64,000 bases of DNA, taken from assembly GCA_965247115.1 (NCBI GenBank), contig CBDFGR010000003.1, positions 2,400,001-2,464,000 on the forward strand. Reading direction: 5' to 3'. The DNA comes from Myxococcota bacterium. GTDB taxonomy: Bacteria > Myxococcota_A > UBA9160 > SZUA-336. The translations under genes were made by a program, and so were the position numbers. The notes beneath the pieces were generated by a model, which was not told the DNA's origin, ran no database searches, and saw only the letters and a list, made by a program, of their open reading frames with translations. Shown here piece after piece: positions 17,772-27,487 of the stretch (the first letter of the stretch is position 1; the number at the start of each line of letters is the position of its first letter).

Positions 17772-20027
17772 CTAAGAGATCGCCTCGACCCTCGCCCGCA
17801 CGTGCTTGTGCCACGGCGTACCCGCGAACCAGTCGCGGTCCTCGCTCGCCGTGAGTTCGTTTGGCGATGCACCGTGCACCACGCGCGCTCCCTCCCCATC
17901 GGGATACTCGAGCCCGCCACCGTTCGGCAGCGTCACGTGTCCCGCGCGCAGCGTGTCGGTGACCTCGACCACGACGTCGACGGAGCCGCGCTTGGTCGTG
18001 ACGCGGGCCCGGGACCCTGATTGGATGGCGAGCTGCGCGGCATCCTCGGGGCTCACGCGCAGTGCCCCCTCGCGATCCTTCCGCCGCCACGCGGGATCGC
18101 GGAAGATCGTGTTCGCGGTGCTCGTGCGGCGCTCGCCAGCCGCGAGGATGAACGGATACTCCTGGTCTCGCTTGCCCGGGTCCTCCGCGCGGAGCTCGGA
18201 GAGCTCCCGCAGCAACTCGGGGATCGCGAGCTGGATGCGCCCATCCTCGTGCATGCGTGCCAGCGTGTCCTCGTAGTGGTCCCGCGTGACGACGACACCC
18301 GCCGGGGTCGAGAAGATCGCGTCGAAGAGCTTCTCGCCAAGCTCGGGACCGTCGCCCTCGAAGCCCGCGCGCCGGACCGACTCGGGATAGGACGCCGCGC
18401 ATGTATGTGCGGCTCCCCAGAGCAAGGCCGCACTCTCATTCCCCGCGCCCAGGGTGGGTCCGAGCGTGCGGTACAGCACCACCGGCGAGAACTTGCGGAG
18501 CTCGGGCCGTTCGGCCGCGGCGCGCACGAAGGCCGTCTGGAAGGCGGTGCGCCCATCTTTCGCGGCGGCGCGCAGCTCCGCGAGGTCGTCGTCGCAAATC
18601 CCACCTAACGCGTACACGAGTCTGGCGTGAATTTCCGGCTCGGGAAGCGTTCCCTCGAGCGGCTCCAGCAGGGGAGGACGTAGCTGGAAGACGTGGTCGG
18701 GGAAGCCGCCACCAAAGAACGTGGTCTCCCACTTCTCGTACTGCGAGGCAGCGGGCAGCACGTAATCTGCAAGCTGGGCGGTCTCCGTCATGGCCACGTC
18801 GATCACCACGACCAGGTCGAGGGCCTGGAGCGCCTCGCGCATGCGTTTGCTGTCGGCCAGCGAGTGCACCGGGTTGCCGCTCTCGATGAATGCGGCGCGG
18901 AAGCGGTCGGGATGGTCCGTGAGGATCTCATCGGCGATGACGTTGCAGGGGATCAGCCCGGTGATGATCCGGTGGCCGCCGACGGGGGTTCGCGCATCCC
19001 CCCGCGTGTCGCCTGCGAGCTTCCCCATGTGGGTGCCGAGGTTCATCGTTCCGGGCCTGGCAAAGTTGCCCGTCAGCGCGTAGAGGAGCTTCTCGAGGTA
19101 CGAGTTGAGCGTGCTGTGCGGGGCCATCTCGATGCCGAGGTCCTCTACCACGGCGACGCTCTCCGCGCGGCCGATGCGCCGGGCGGCGTCCCGGACCTGC
19201 GCCTCTGGCACGCCCGCGCGCTCGCAGTAGTCGGCGATCGGCACCGACGTCAGCGCATCGATCACGGCCTCGGTCCCGACCCCTCGCTCCGCGAGAAACT
19301 TCTGGTCGAGCAGGTTCTCCTCGACCAGCGCGGCCAGCAGGGCAGAGAGACAGTGGGCGTCCGAGCCGGGTCGCACCTGCAGGTGCACGTCCGCCAGCTC
19401 CGCGGTCTCCGTCCGTCGCGGATCGATCACGATCATCGAGCGCGCCGGATCCCGTGCGATCTCCCTCAACACGATCCGCGCCCGCTCGAAGCCGTGCGAG
19501 TGCCACGGGTTCTTGCCAACGAACACGGCGACCTCTGTCTTTGCGAAGTCGGGCTCGGGACGCCCGCCGAACATGCGGCGCTCGACCCAGAACTCCCCCG
19601 TCTTCTCCTGCGCCAGGGCGTTCGAGCGGTAGACCCCTCCGTAGGCCCGGACGGTCGCGGTGCCGTAGGCCCCGCCCAGGTGATTCCCCTGCCCCCCGCC
19701 CCCGTAGTACAGGATCTTCTCACCGCCCAGCGTGTCGCGAATCTCCGCCAGGCGCGCCGCCACCTCTCGGATCGCGGTATCCCAGTCGATCGGCTCGAAG
19801 CTGCCGTCGGACCTGCGGCGCAGGGGCGTCGTCAGACGGTCCCGGTGGTTCTGGTAGTGATCGAGCCCGGCCTGCTTCTCGCAGGTGTAGCCGAGCGAGC
19901 GCGGGTTGGCGCGATCGCCGCGGATCTTCACGATGTGTCGATCCTCGACTTGAACCTGCAGCCCGCAATTAATGCTGCACAGGATGCACGCCGTGGTCTG
20001 CCAGTCCCCAGCTTGCGTCGTCGCCAT
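17772..20027 (-). CDS. molybdopterin-dependent oxidoreductase
   Basis: [11 protein letters not shown]...YTCEK Fe-S motif, [17 protein letters not shown]-terminal molydop-binding domain (LAAGERR, PNGGG). Confidence 0.92.
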   Translation of the reverse strand: MATTQAGDWQTTACILCSINCGLQVQVEDRHIVKIRGDRANPRSLGYTCEKQAGLDHYQNHRDRLTTPLRRRSDGSFEPIDWDTAIREVAARLAEIRDTLGGEKILYYGGGGQGNHLGGAYGTATVRAYGGVYRSNALAQEKTGEFWVERRMFGGRPEPDFAKTEVAVFVGKNPWHSHGFERARIVLREIARDPARSMIVIDPRRTETAELADVHLQVRPGSDAHCLSALLAALVEENLLDQKFLAERGVGTEAVIDALTSVPIADYCERAGVPEAQVRDAARRIGRAESVAVVEDLGIEMAPHSTLNSYLEKLLYALTGNFARPGTMNLGTHMGKLAGDTRGDARTPVGGHRIITGLIPCNVIADEILTDHPDRFRAAFIESGNPVHSLADSKRMREALQALDLVVVIDVAMTETAQLADYVLPAASQYEKWETTFFGGGFPDHVFQLRPPLLEPLEGTLPEPEIHARLVYALGGICDDDLAELRAAAKDGRTAFQTAFVRAAAERPELRKFSPVVLYRTLGPTLGAGNESAALLWGAAHTCAASYPESVRRAGFEGDGPELGEKLFDAIFSTPAGVVVTRDHYEDTLARMHEDGRIQLAIPELLRELSELRAEDPGKRDQEYPFILAAGERRTSTANTIFRDPAWRRKDREGALRVSPEDAAQLAIQSGSRARVTTKRGSVDVVVEVTDTLRAGHVTLPNGGGLEYPDGEGARVVHGASPNELTASEDRDWFAGTPWHKHVRARVEAIS

Positions 20028-20147
20028 GTCCCCTCCCAATCGGCCGCGACACGATGGTACCCGATTGAGAAGACCGCATGGTAGGGTCGCACCAGCAAGT
20101 TCTCAGGTTGACCCGACAAAAGGCCGCGCGTAAGGTCGGTTCCCGTA

Positions 20148-20519
20148 GTGGACAATGCAGGGAAGGGAGAAGTCTTGGTAGCTCACAGCACTCGCGTCGT
20201 CGTCGCACTGTGTGCCGTCGCTCTCATCGCATGCGTGGGGATCACTCCCGAAACCAAGATGAAGATCTCGCAACCCGTGGACTGCTCGTCCGCGTTCGAA
20301 GACATCGCCCACCTGGAGAACGCACACGCCGGGGGAGGGAAGCGCATCTTTCAGGGTCTGATGGGCGTCATGCCCCCGTCGATCATCGTCAGCCTCTTCC
20401 GCGCAGCCGCGAGGGCCCCGGAGGGCATGTACCTGGACCACTGGAGCGTGGCATGGGGAACGTACAACGAGAAGATGGATGACAAGATCGCGTCCATCAG
20501 GCAGAAGTGTGATCTCTAG
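20148..20519 (+). CDS. hypothetical lipoprotein
   Basis: Hydrophobic stretch ending in the LIAC lipobox. Ends 3 bp before the amidase. Start uncertain. Confidence 0.6.
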   Translation: MDNAGKGEVLVAHSTRVVVALCAVALIACVGITPETKMKISQPVDCSSAFEDIAHLENAHAGGGKRIFQGLMGVMPPSIIVSLFRAAARAPEGMYLDHWSVAWGTYNEKMDDKIASIRQKCDL

Positions 20520-20522
20520 CCA

Positions 20523-21974
20523 ATGAGCGACGTTGCCTTCAAGCCTGCGCGAGAGCTCGCGGGGATGCTCCGAGCGCGCGAGATCGGCGCACGCGAGCTG
20601 CTCGACCACTACTTGGAGCGAGTCGAACGCTTCAACCCCGGTCTGAACGCCATCGTCAGCCTCGACGTGGAGCGAGCGCGAAAGCGGGCGGACGAGGCGG
20701 ACGCAGCGCTGGCGCGCGGAGAGGTGTGGGGTCCGCTGCACGGGCTCCCCATGACGATAAAGGAGCTCTTCGAGGTCGAGGGCATGCCCTGGACCTTTGG
20801 CGATCCACAGTTCGCCGAGCGCTTGGCCAACGTGAACTCTCCCGCCGTGCAGAGACTGATCGACGCCGGCGCGGTGATCTTCGGGCTGACGAACTCGCCG
20901 CTGAACGGCATGGACGTCCAGACCTACAACGAGGTGTACGGCACGACGAATAATCCCTGGGACACGTCACGGGCACCGGGCGGCTCTTCCGGCGGTACCG
21001 CGGTGGCGCTCGCGACCGGGCTGAGCGCGCTCGACCTCGGCAGCGACATCGGCGGCTCGATCCGCAACCCCGCCCACTACACCGGCCTCTACGGGCATAA
21101 GCCGAGCCAGGGGATCGTTCCGCGTCGCCGCGTGCGACTGCCTGGGCTCATGGCCGTCGGTGATCTCAGTGTCGCCGGACCGTTGGGACGCAGCGCGGAC
21201 GATCTGGACTTCGAGCTGTCTATCGTCGCTGGAGCGGAGGCCGATCGCGAGATCGCCTGGCGCCTCGAGCTGCCACCTCCTCGGCGCGCGTCACTGCACG
21301 CCTACCGCGTGGCTGCCTGGCTCGACGACCCGGTTGCCCCCGTGGACGCGGGCGTGCGCGAGCGGCTCGAGAGCGCCGTGGAAGCTCTCAGGACGGCAGG
21401 TGTGAGCGTCGACGACAAGGCGCGACCGGAGCTCGAGTTCGCGGAGGTGAACCGCGTGTACCGCTCGCTGCTCACCGCGGCCAGCGCGCAGAGGCTTCCC
21501 GAGGATCAGTTCCGTCTGCTCCTGGAACGGGAAGATGGGCTCCCCAGCGAGGACGCAGAGTCGCCGCCCACCAGGCCGCGCTCGGCGGCCCTGCGCCACC
21601 GCGAGTGGCTGCAGCTGGACGAGACGCGCGAGCAGATGCGGGCGCGCTGGCAACAGTTCTTCGAGCGCTACGATGTCCTGCTCACTCCGGTCACGTCGGT
21701 GACCGCGATTCCCCACGACCACCGCGAGTTCGACAAGCGCTGCATCGTGGTGAACGGCGAGGAGCGCCGCTACTGGGAGCAGATCTCGTGGGTCGGGATC
21801 GCGACCCTCGTGCACCTGCCCGCGTCGGTAGCCCCTGTCGGCCTCAGTGCAGACGGCCTCCCGGTCGGGATCCAGATCATCGCCCCCTACCTGGAGGACC
21901 GCACGGCCATCGACTTCGCGCGGCGCCTGGGCGAGGTCATCGGCGGCTACGAGCCCCCACCCGGCTTCAGCTAG
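20523..21974 (+). CDS. amidase (amidase signature family)
   Basis: GPLHGLPMTIKE, PGGSSGG, LGSDIGGSIRNPA, GLPVGIQ. Confidence 0.93.
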   Translation: MSDVAFKPARELAGMLRAREIGARELLDHYLERVERFNPGLNAIVSLDVERARKRADEADAALARGEVWGPLHGLPMTIKELFEVEGMPWTFGDPQFAERLANVNSPAVQRLIDAGAVIFGLTNSPLNGMDVQTYNEVYGTTNNPWDTSRAPGGSSGGTAVALATGLSALDLGSDIGGSIRNPAHYTGLYGHKPSQGIVPRRRVRLPGLMAVGDLSVAGPLGRSADDLDFELSIVAGAEADREIAWRLELPPPRRASLHAYRVAAWLDDPVAPVDAGVRERLESAVEALRTAGVSVDDKARPELEFAEVNRVYRSLLTAASAQRLPEDQFRLLLEREDGLPSEDAESPPTRPRSAALRHREWLQLDETREQMRARWQQFFERYDVLLTPVTSVTAIPHDHREFDKRCIVVNGEERRYWEQISWVGIATLVHLPASVAPVGLSADGLPVGIQIIAPYLEDRTAIDFARRLGEVIGGYEPPPGFS

Positions 21975-22394
21975 GTCAGCGCTCCGCAAATCAGCACGGT
22001 CGCGTCGTCTTGGGCCTGCTCTAGCTGTCCCGCCGGGACGCCCCAGAGTTCCTTCGCGCGCACCCGGGAATGCAGGCGCTCCTCGAGTCTCGCCCGATCA
22101 ATCAGCCAGTCGGGCTGGGCGCAGCTGGCCGCGCGAGTGGTCGGAAGCAGATGTCCTGACATGTATACGCAATGTGATGGAAGCCCCGACGAGCAAGTAC
22201 CCTTGACAGAACTTCACGCTGTAGGCCTAAATGGCTGGAATTCAAGGGCTCCCCAGATTCGATGGGAGAAACCTCAGCGTTTCGAGGTTCCTCCGTGGGA
22301 GTCCCCGTCCTGTACGAGCTCAGTTGCTACCAACAATTCTTCGGTAGGGTATCCAGATCGTCTCTCTCTTGCGCCGCTCACACGGAGAATGTTG

Positions 22395-25300
22395 ATGAAG
22401 CTCTCGCGGTTCCTGTCCACCCCTATTCGTCTACTCGCGCTTGCATCGTGCGCGGCGGTTCTGGTACTGATCGCACCGCTGGGACCCGGGGCCGCAGCGG
22501 GCCCTGCCAACCTCGGATTCGAGAACGGTCTTGGCCCTTGGCTTCCTGTCCCCGAGCCGTCGGAAGCGATCGTCGTGGTCGGAACCGAGGGCCCGAACCA
22601 GTTTCCCGTCTACGGCGAGGAGGGGGTGGGAGACGTCGACCCCAACCGCGGCAATTTCATGCTGCGGTTGTATACGCCGAGTCTGAATTCAGAGAACTCG
22701 AACCGCGGTGTCACCGGTGTGTTCCAGGTATTCACCCCCGAGACGGACGAACTCACCATCTCGCTGCGGATCTTCTCGTTCGAACCTCGCGGCGACGACA
22801 CGGTCAGGATCGACGTACAGGACCTGGCTGGAAATAGCCTCGGTGAGGACGTCACGTTCAGTGATCCCGATAGCGGACAGCCCTTTTCCGTGCCGATGGT
22901 ACGCGGCTGCGCGGCTGAATGCTCTGGAGCGCCTTGTGAGCTCGTCATCGATGTCGGTAAGCGCCGGGACTTCCTGGATAGTGGTTGGCGAAAGGTTCTG
23001 ATTTCCGGCTTGCCGACCGAACCGGCGACGCCAGTAAGGCTTGTCTATGAGGTGGAGGGCGGTCAGAACGAGGCGCTCGCCACCTGGGCCGTTTGGGACA
23101 GCGTGAACCTGCCACCCGTGGCCAAGTTCACCTTCAATCCGGGCGGCCAGCCTGGGACGCAGTCGCTGGAAGGCGACTACATGGCCTTCGACGGGAGTGA
23201 ATCGTTCGATCCGGACGGCGACCCGCTCACGTTCCTGTGGACGGCGACCGGGAGTACGATCGGGACCTTGACCCTCGAGGGTCCGCTGGCCGCGTTCCAG
23301 TTCCCCGAAGACGATGCGTCCATCGTCGTCACGTTGACCGTCACCGATTCGGAGGGTGCGACGGATAGCGTCTCGACCGGCGAGATCGCTTCGGACGGTA
23401 CCGCCATAGCACCAATCTCCATCGACAACGCAGGGATTCTGCTCAACGCCATCAACGTGGAGGCTCTTCCGGACAGCCAGGCGAACCTGCTCTGTCGCTT
23501 CCTCGACCCGGGCGTCGATGATACGCATACCGCTACACTCGATGTCGGCGGGATCGTCGCGTCCACGCTCCAGGAAGAGAACATCCCCGCTTACTCGAGC
23601 GGCTTCGTGACCGGCGTGCTCAACACCGTGGGGCTATCTCCTACGGACCTCGCAGGCACATGCACCGTCAACGACGACGACGGTGAGAGCAACTTCGATC
23701 CCTTCACCGTACGGATTCTCGATCCGGCCGTCGTGGGGCTCGACCCGGATGCCGAGTTCCCCCGCTTCGAGCCGAACGACTCCTCGCTTCTCGCGACGCC
23801 CCTGTCCGCGGGCTGGACCACCGTATCGAAGCTCGAGACACCTGCCGACATCGACTTCTTCGAGCTCCGGCTCTCCAACGGAGGCGTCCCGCCAACCGGG
23901 ACCGAGTTCAACATCACCGTCGACATGCCGACTGACTACGACGCCATCGTGCTGAGCAAGCCGGTGGAGGGCGCCTCCTCGACACCGTTCGAGAGCGCCC
24001 CGTTCGTCAGCTTTCCGTTCGTGAGCTTTCCGTTCGTAAGCTTTCCATTCGTGAGCTTCCCGTTCGTGAGTTTTCCGTTCGTCAGCTTCCCAGTCGCGAC
24101 CTCGCCCTTCGTGAGCTTTCCGTTCGTGAGTTTTCCGTTCGTGAGTTTTCCGTACGAGGACAGTCCCTTCGTCAGCTTCCCGTTTACCTTTGACCAGTTC
24201 CCGCTTTCGGAGGTTGGGCTCGCTGCGCCGGACGGGAGCAACGTCGCGGGATCGGACCTCGGATTGGGAGAGCTTGGCTCGCTCGATCTCGGAAGCCTCG
24301 CGGCCGACAACCTGCGCGTCAAAGCAATCTCTGCAGGCTTCGGCCAGGAGCGCGCTCTGGTGGAGATGGGGCCGGACGAGCAGGCGCTCTTCCTAGTCGT
24401 CGTCTCTCACGACCTGGGGTTCTCCGACGCCCCCTATTCGATCACGCTAGAGGCTTCCGTACCGTTCGACCAGGTGGCGTTCCTGGGTCAGAACTGCGAT
24501 GCCGAGCCGCTGGTGTCTCCCGCCGTCGGACCGGAGGTGATCCGGCCTCAGGCATCACCGAAGACGCTCTTCGTGACCCAAAAGCCACGCTTCATGGCCA
24601 CACATGACATGAGCGACGCAGAGTGGACCACATGGCTTGCCGCGATGGAGCCACTCTTTGCGCACGACGAGGTCAAGGGCAAGTTCATCTCGGTCGCCAG
24701 TGGCCCTTTCGATGCCTGGGATCAGAAACCCTGCGACATCGCCCCACTTCGGGCGGCCGCGGCTGCGGTGCGGACCGAGGTTCTGAACGCGCTCGAGCCC
24801 AGTATCGAGTACGTAGTCATCGTCGGAAGCATGGACGTGATTCCCCCCGAACTGAAGCCCGACCAGACCACTATTGGCTTCGAAGGACTCTTCGCAACAG
24901 ATCTTCCGGCGCGTCCCGAGTCGCCAATAGCGGCGATTCTCCGTGCGGGACAGACCATTACCGACGCCTGTATGGTCGATGCGAATCCGCTTCAGTTCTT
25001 CGGGGGAGAGCTCTGTATGGAGGACCTGCCCATCTGGCGGCTTGTAGAGACGCCGCAGGAGATCCTGTTCGAGGCGAGCAACTTCGTGGCGAGGGACGGG
25101 ATGCTGACGCTCAACTCCGCCCTCGTCACTGGCTACGAGTTCTTTTCGGACTACGCAACCAACGCGGCGAGCGCGCTGGTCGCTGCCGGGATAGCCACGG
25201 ATGTGCTCAACGATACGAGCGAACCGGGCGACGAGTGGACCGCAGACGAGCTGCGCAATGAATGGTGTGCGGCGCCGATCCATGACCTGAACGCCGTCAA

Positions 25301-25853
25301 CGGTCATATGAGCTACAACGCCCTGCTCACCTCTGCGGGCTTCAACGAACTGCTGTCGTCGGATAGCTTCGATGACGGCGAGGTCGTGCGCGTCGACGAG
25401 TGCGCGGACTTGGGCGGTACGCTCACCGTCAGCATAGGCTGCCACTCCGGTCTCAGCGTCCCCGCCGCCTGGATGCTGTCGGAGTTTGGTGACGTCTCGC
25501 GTGACTGGGTGCAGCAACCCGGGTCGTGGATAGGCCCTTGGACCTTCGGGATAGGCCACACGGAGGTCTCCAACCGCGGGACTGAGGGCGTCCTCGAGGT
25601 GTTAGTCCAGGAGTTCGCCGAGAACCCGGGGATCTCGATCGGAGCCGCCCTGCTGAACGCCAAGCGCAGCTATCTGCAGAACCTCACCAGTATCGACGTC
25701 TACGACGTGAAGTCTCTCCTCGGTCTTGGAGCCTTCGGCTTGCCGCAGGCTCGGCTCTCGCCCGCTACGGCCACGACGAGTGCTCTCGAGTCGCTGGCGA
25801 GCCAATTTTCGAGTGCCTCCGCGGCGACCACACAGTACTACGGGACGCTTTAG
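22395..25853 (+). CDS. large secreted protein, N-terminal part: signal peptide, PKD domain, PFVSF repeats, peptidase C25 (gingipain)-like domain
   Basis: MKLSRF...AAA signal peptide. PPVAKF...FDGSESFDPDGDPLTFLW (PKD). YVVIVGSMDVIP, NGHM and SIGCHSG (His/Cys dyad-like). Ends at TAG 25851-25853. Confidence 0.75.
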   Translation: MKLSRFLSTPIRLLALASCAAVLVLIAPLGPGAAAGPANLGFENGLGPWLPVPEPSEAIVVVGTEGPNQFPVYGEEGVGDVDPNRGNFMLRLYTPSLNSENSNRGVTGVFQVFTPETDELTISLRIFSFEPRGDDTVRIDVQDLAGNSLGEDVTFSDPDSGQPFSVPMVRGCAAECSGAPCELVIDVGKRRDFLDSGWRKVLISGLPTEPATPVRLVYEVEGGQNEALATWAVWDSVNLPPVAKFTFNPGGQPGTQSLEGDYMAFDGSESFDPDGDPLTFLWTATGSTIGTLTLEGPLAAFQFPEDDASIVVTLTVTDSEGATDSVSTGEIASDGTAIAPISIDNAGILLNAINVEALPDSQANLLCRFLDPGVDDTHTATLDVGGIVASTLQEENIPAYSSGFVTGVLNTVGLSPTDLAGTCTVNDDDGESNFDPFTVRILDPAVVGLDPDAEFPRFEPNDSSLLATPLSAGWTTVSKLETPADIDFFELRLSNGGVPPTGTEFNITVDMPTDYDAIVLSKPVEGASSTPFESAPFVSFPFVSFPFVSFPFVSFPFVSFPFVSFPVATSPFVSFPFVSFPFVSFPYEDSPFVSFPFTFDQFPLSEVGLAAPDGSNVAGSDLGLGELGSLDLGSLAADNLRVKAISAGFGQERALVEMGPDEQALFLVVVSHDLGFSDAPYSITLEASVPFDQVAFLGQNCDAEPLVSPAVGPEVIRPQASPKTLFVTQKPRFMATHDMSDAEWTTWLAAMEPLFAHDEVKGKFISVASGPFDAWDQKPCDIAPLRAAAAAVRTEVLNALEPSIEYVVIVGSMDVIPPELKPDQTTIGFEGLFATDLPARPESPIAAILRAGQTITDACMVDANPLQFFGGELCMEDLPIWRLVETPQEILFEASNFVARDGMLTLNSALVTGYEFFSDYATNAASALVAAGIATDVLNDTSEPGDEWTADELRNEWCAAPIHDLNAVNGHMSYNALLTSAGFNELLSSDSFDDGEVVRVDECADLGGTLTVSIGCHSGLSVPAAWMLSEFGDVSRDWVQQPGSWIGPWTFGIGHTEVSNRGTEGVLEVLVQEFAENPGISIGAALLNAKRSYLQNLTSIDVYDVKSLLGLGAFGLPQARLSPATATTSALESLASQFSSASAATTQYYGTL
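23985..24194 (+). repeat. 15-bp coding tandem repeat (10 PFVSF units in a 14-unit Pro-x4 array)
   Basis: PFESA-(PFVSF)6-PVATS-(PFVSF)3-PYEDS-PFVSF-PFTFD. Units differ at synonymous positions. Confidence 0.95.
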
Positions 25854-27380
25854 GTGGAGGTCATCGAGGAGTCATCGTCGACCTTCACGTCGTTCGACGT
25901 CGATGAAGTGACGACGGCGAAGGGAACCTACTTCACCATGAAAGGCGAGGCGCAAGGGGGTACGGGCAGACCGCTGCTGCCCACCGCCTCGGTCTTCGAT
26001 TCACGCCCTGTGGCCGGGACGCGAATCCACAGCGTCGGCATCCGCTCAGGGACGTACAATCTGCTGATCGATCAGGATCCCGTGATCTCCAACTTCCAGC
26101 AGGAGTGGGTGGACATCGATAGCCTCGAAGAGCTCAAGACCTGTGTGACAACGACCATGATCCCGACTCGCCTCGGGCTGGTGAACGAGCTGACCGAGGG
26201 CGGAGCGACTACCGAGACCTTTCTCCTCACCGGCGCCCAGTTCGAGTGCACGCTGCCGCCTCAGGACCTGGGGATCCTCGACACGAGGGGCGACGTCCTC
26301 CTGTTCGACTCCATGGTCCTCGAGGCCTTCCATCCGCAGATGGGGGTGCCGGACTCCGACACGATGCCGCCGGTCGTGACGCAGCAGGACATCATCGCGG
26401 ACATGGCCACGGGCGACGCGATGGCCATCCTGGACGCTGTGGATGACATCGACATGGGTGAGATCATCGTCCTCGTCCACACGGACCTCGACGGTGTGCT
26501 GGGAGGTGCAGCCAGGATCGACTCGTTCTCGACGGGCAATATCCGCGGCATACCGGGTCCCTATCAGGTCTTCCTGCCTGGCGCGGCCGAGAAGCCCCTC
26601 TTCTTCCAGTACGTAGACGCAGCCGGAAACCTGCTACTGAAGAGCGGCAAAGGGGTTGGGATAGAGGCGATCGAGGTCTTGATCCAGACGAGAACCATCG
26701 CGCTGGGTCTCAGCACGATCGCGGTCGAGATCGAGGGGTTTGTAGATCTCGAAACTCCGACGCTGACGTTCGATTTCGGCGACGACGTCGTACAATCGAT
26801 CGCCCTCATCGAGGGGCAACTTCCGGCCGGAGTAACGCTGGAGGTAGACGAGTCTTCCGGGAACGCAACGGTGTTTATCGAGCACGACTACACCGGCTTC
26901 AGTGAAGATGAGGCGATGGTCTCTGCGAGGGTCCGGGCCGTCGGTGCATCCGGCTTCGACGAGGCGACGCTCTTTCCGTGCTCCGATCCGGTTGGCGACT
27001 TTTTCATAGATGGCAATTTGGAACTGGGAATGTCAGGAGATCTGACTCAGTGCTCCTTCAGCGCCAGCGGGACGGACGTGACGATCGACCTGTTCGTCGC
27101 AGGCGCGATCGATAGTGATGAGTTCCAGTATCGCGTCCGATTGCCCCAGTTCAGTGCGCAATTCAAGTATGCGAGGCGGAAGGTGACCTCATCCGGAGGC
27201 GTGCAGTTGACGGTGGGAGAACTGGGTGACAACGGGCTGCGCTTCCAATTCGACGCTGAGCCGCTTGGCTGGGATGGCTTGACCGAACTCTTGTTCTTCC
27301 AGGAGACACGAAGAGGGACGAAAGCGAAGAAGCAGACCGGCAGCGCGGACGAGACGCAGGTGTTCTCAATCGGCCCCTGA
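25854..27380 (+). CDS. in-frame continuation of the large secreted protein (acidic, beta-rich domains)
   Basis: Begins immediately after the TAG in the same frame, with no signal peptide or clear RBS and the same composition. Confidence 0.65.
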   Translation: MEVIEESSSTFTSFDVDEVTTAKGTYFTMKGEAQGGTGRPLLPTASVFDSRPVAGTRIHSVGIRSGTYNLLIDQDPVISNFQQEWVDIDSLEELKTCVTTTMIPTRLGLVNELTEGGATTETFLLTGAQFECTLPPQDLGILDTRGDVLLFDSMVLEAFHPQMGVPDSDTMPPVVTQQDIIADMATGDAMAILDAVDDIDMGEIIVLVHTDLDGVLGGAARIDSFSTGNIRGIPGPYQVFLPGAAEKPLFFQYVDAAGNLLLKSGKGVGIEAIEVLIQTRTIALGLSTIAVEIEGFVDLETPTLTFDFGDDVVQSIALIEGQLPAGVTLEVDESSGNATVFIEHDYTGFSEDEAMVSARVRAVGASGFDEATLFPCSDPVGDFFIDGNLELGMSGDLTQCSFSASGTDVTIDLFVAGAIDSDEFQYRVRLPQFSAQFKYARRKVTSSGGVQLTVGELGDNGLRFQFDAEPLGWDGLTELLFFQETRRGTKAKKQTGSADETQVFSIGP

Positions 27381-27487
27381 GCTCGGATCACACGAGGTTC
27401 CGCCGTCAATTTTTGGGGCGCCGTCGGCGCCGGTCCAGCTGCAGTGACGCGTTGCCCCTGCCTCGGGCCACAAGTATCCTCGTTAGT

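Noticed and set aside
17749..18402. Long N-terminal extensions in the ORF track (lsrF; likewise 6284, 12856, 30464, 33332, 58475 starts)
   Set aside because: They overlap upstream genes. Internal starts with RBS and family-typical N-termini fit better.
23985..24194. CRISPR array or DNA-level VNTR
   Set aside because: 15-bp units without spacers, in frame within a CDS, varying at synonymous sites. No cas genes.
25851..25853. Pyrrolysine or genome-wide TAG reassignment
   Set aside because: TAG ends many clear genes in the window, there are no pyl genes here, and the protein is not a methylamine methyltransferase.
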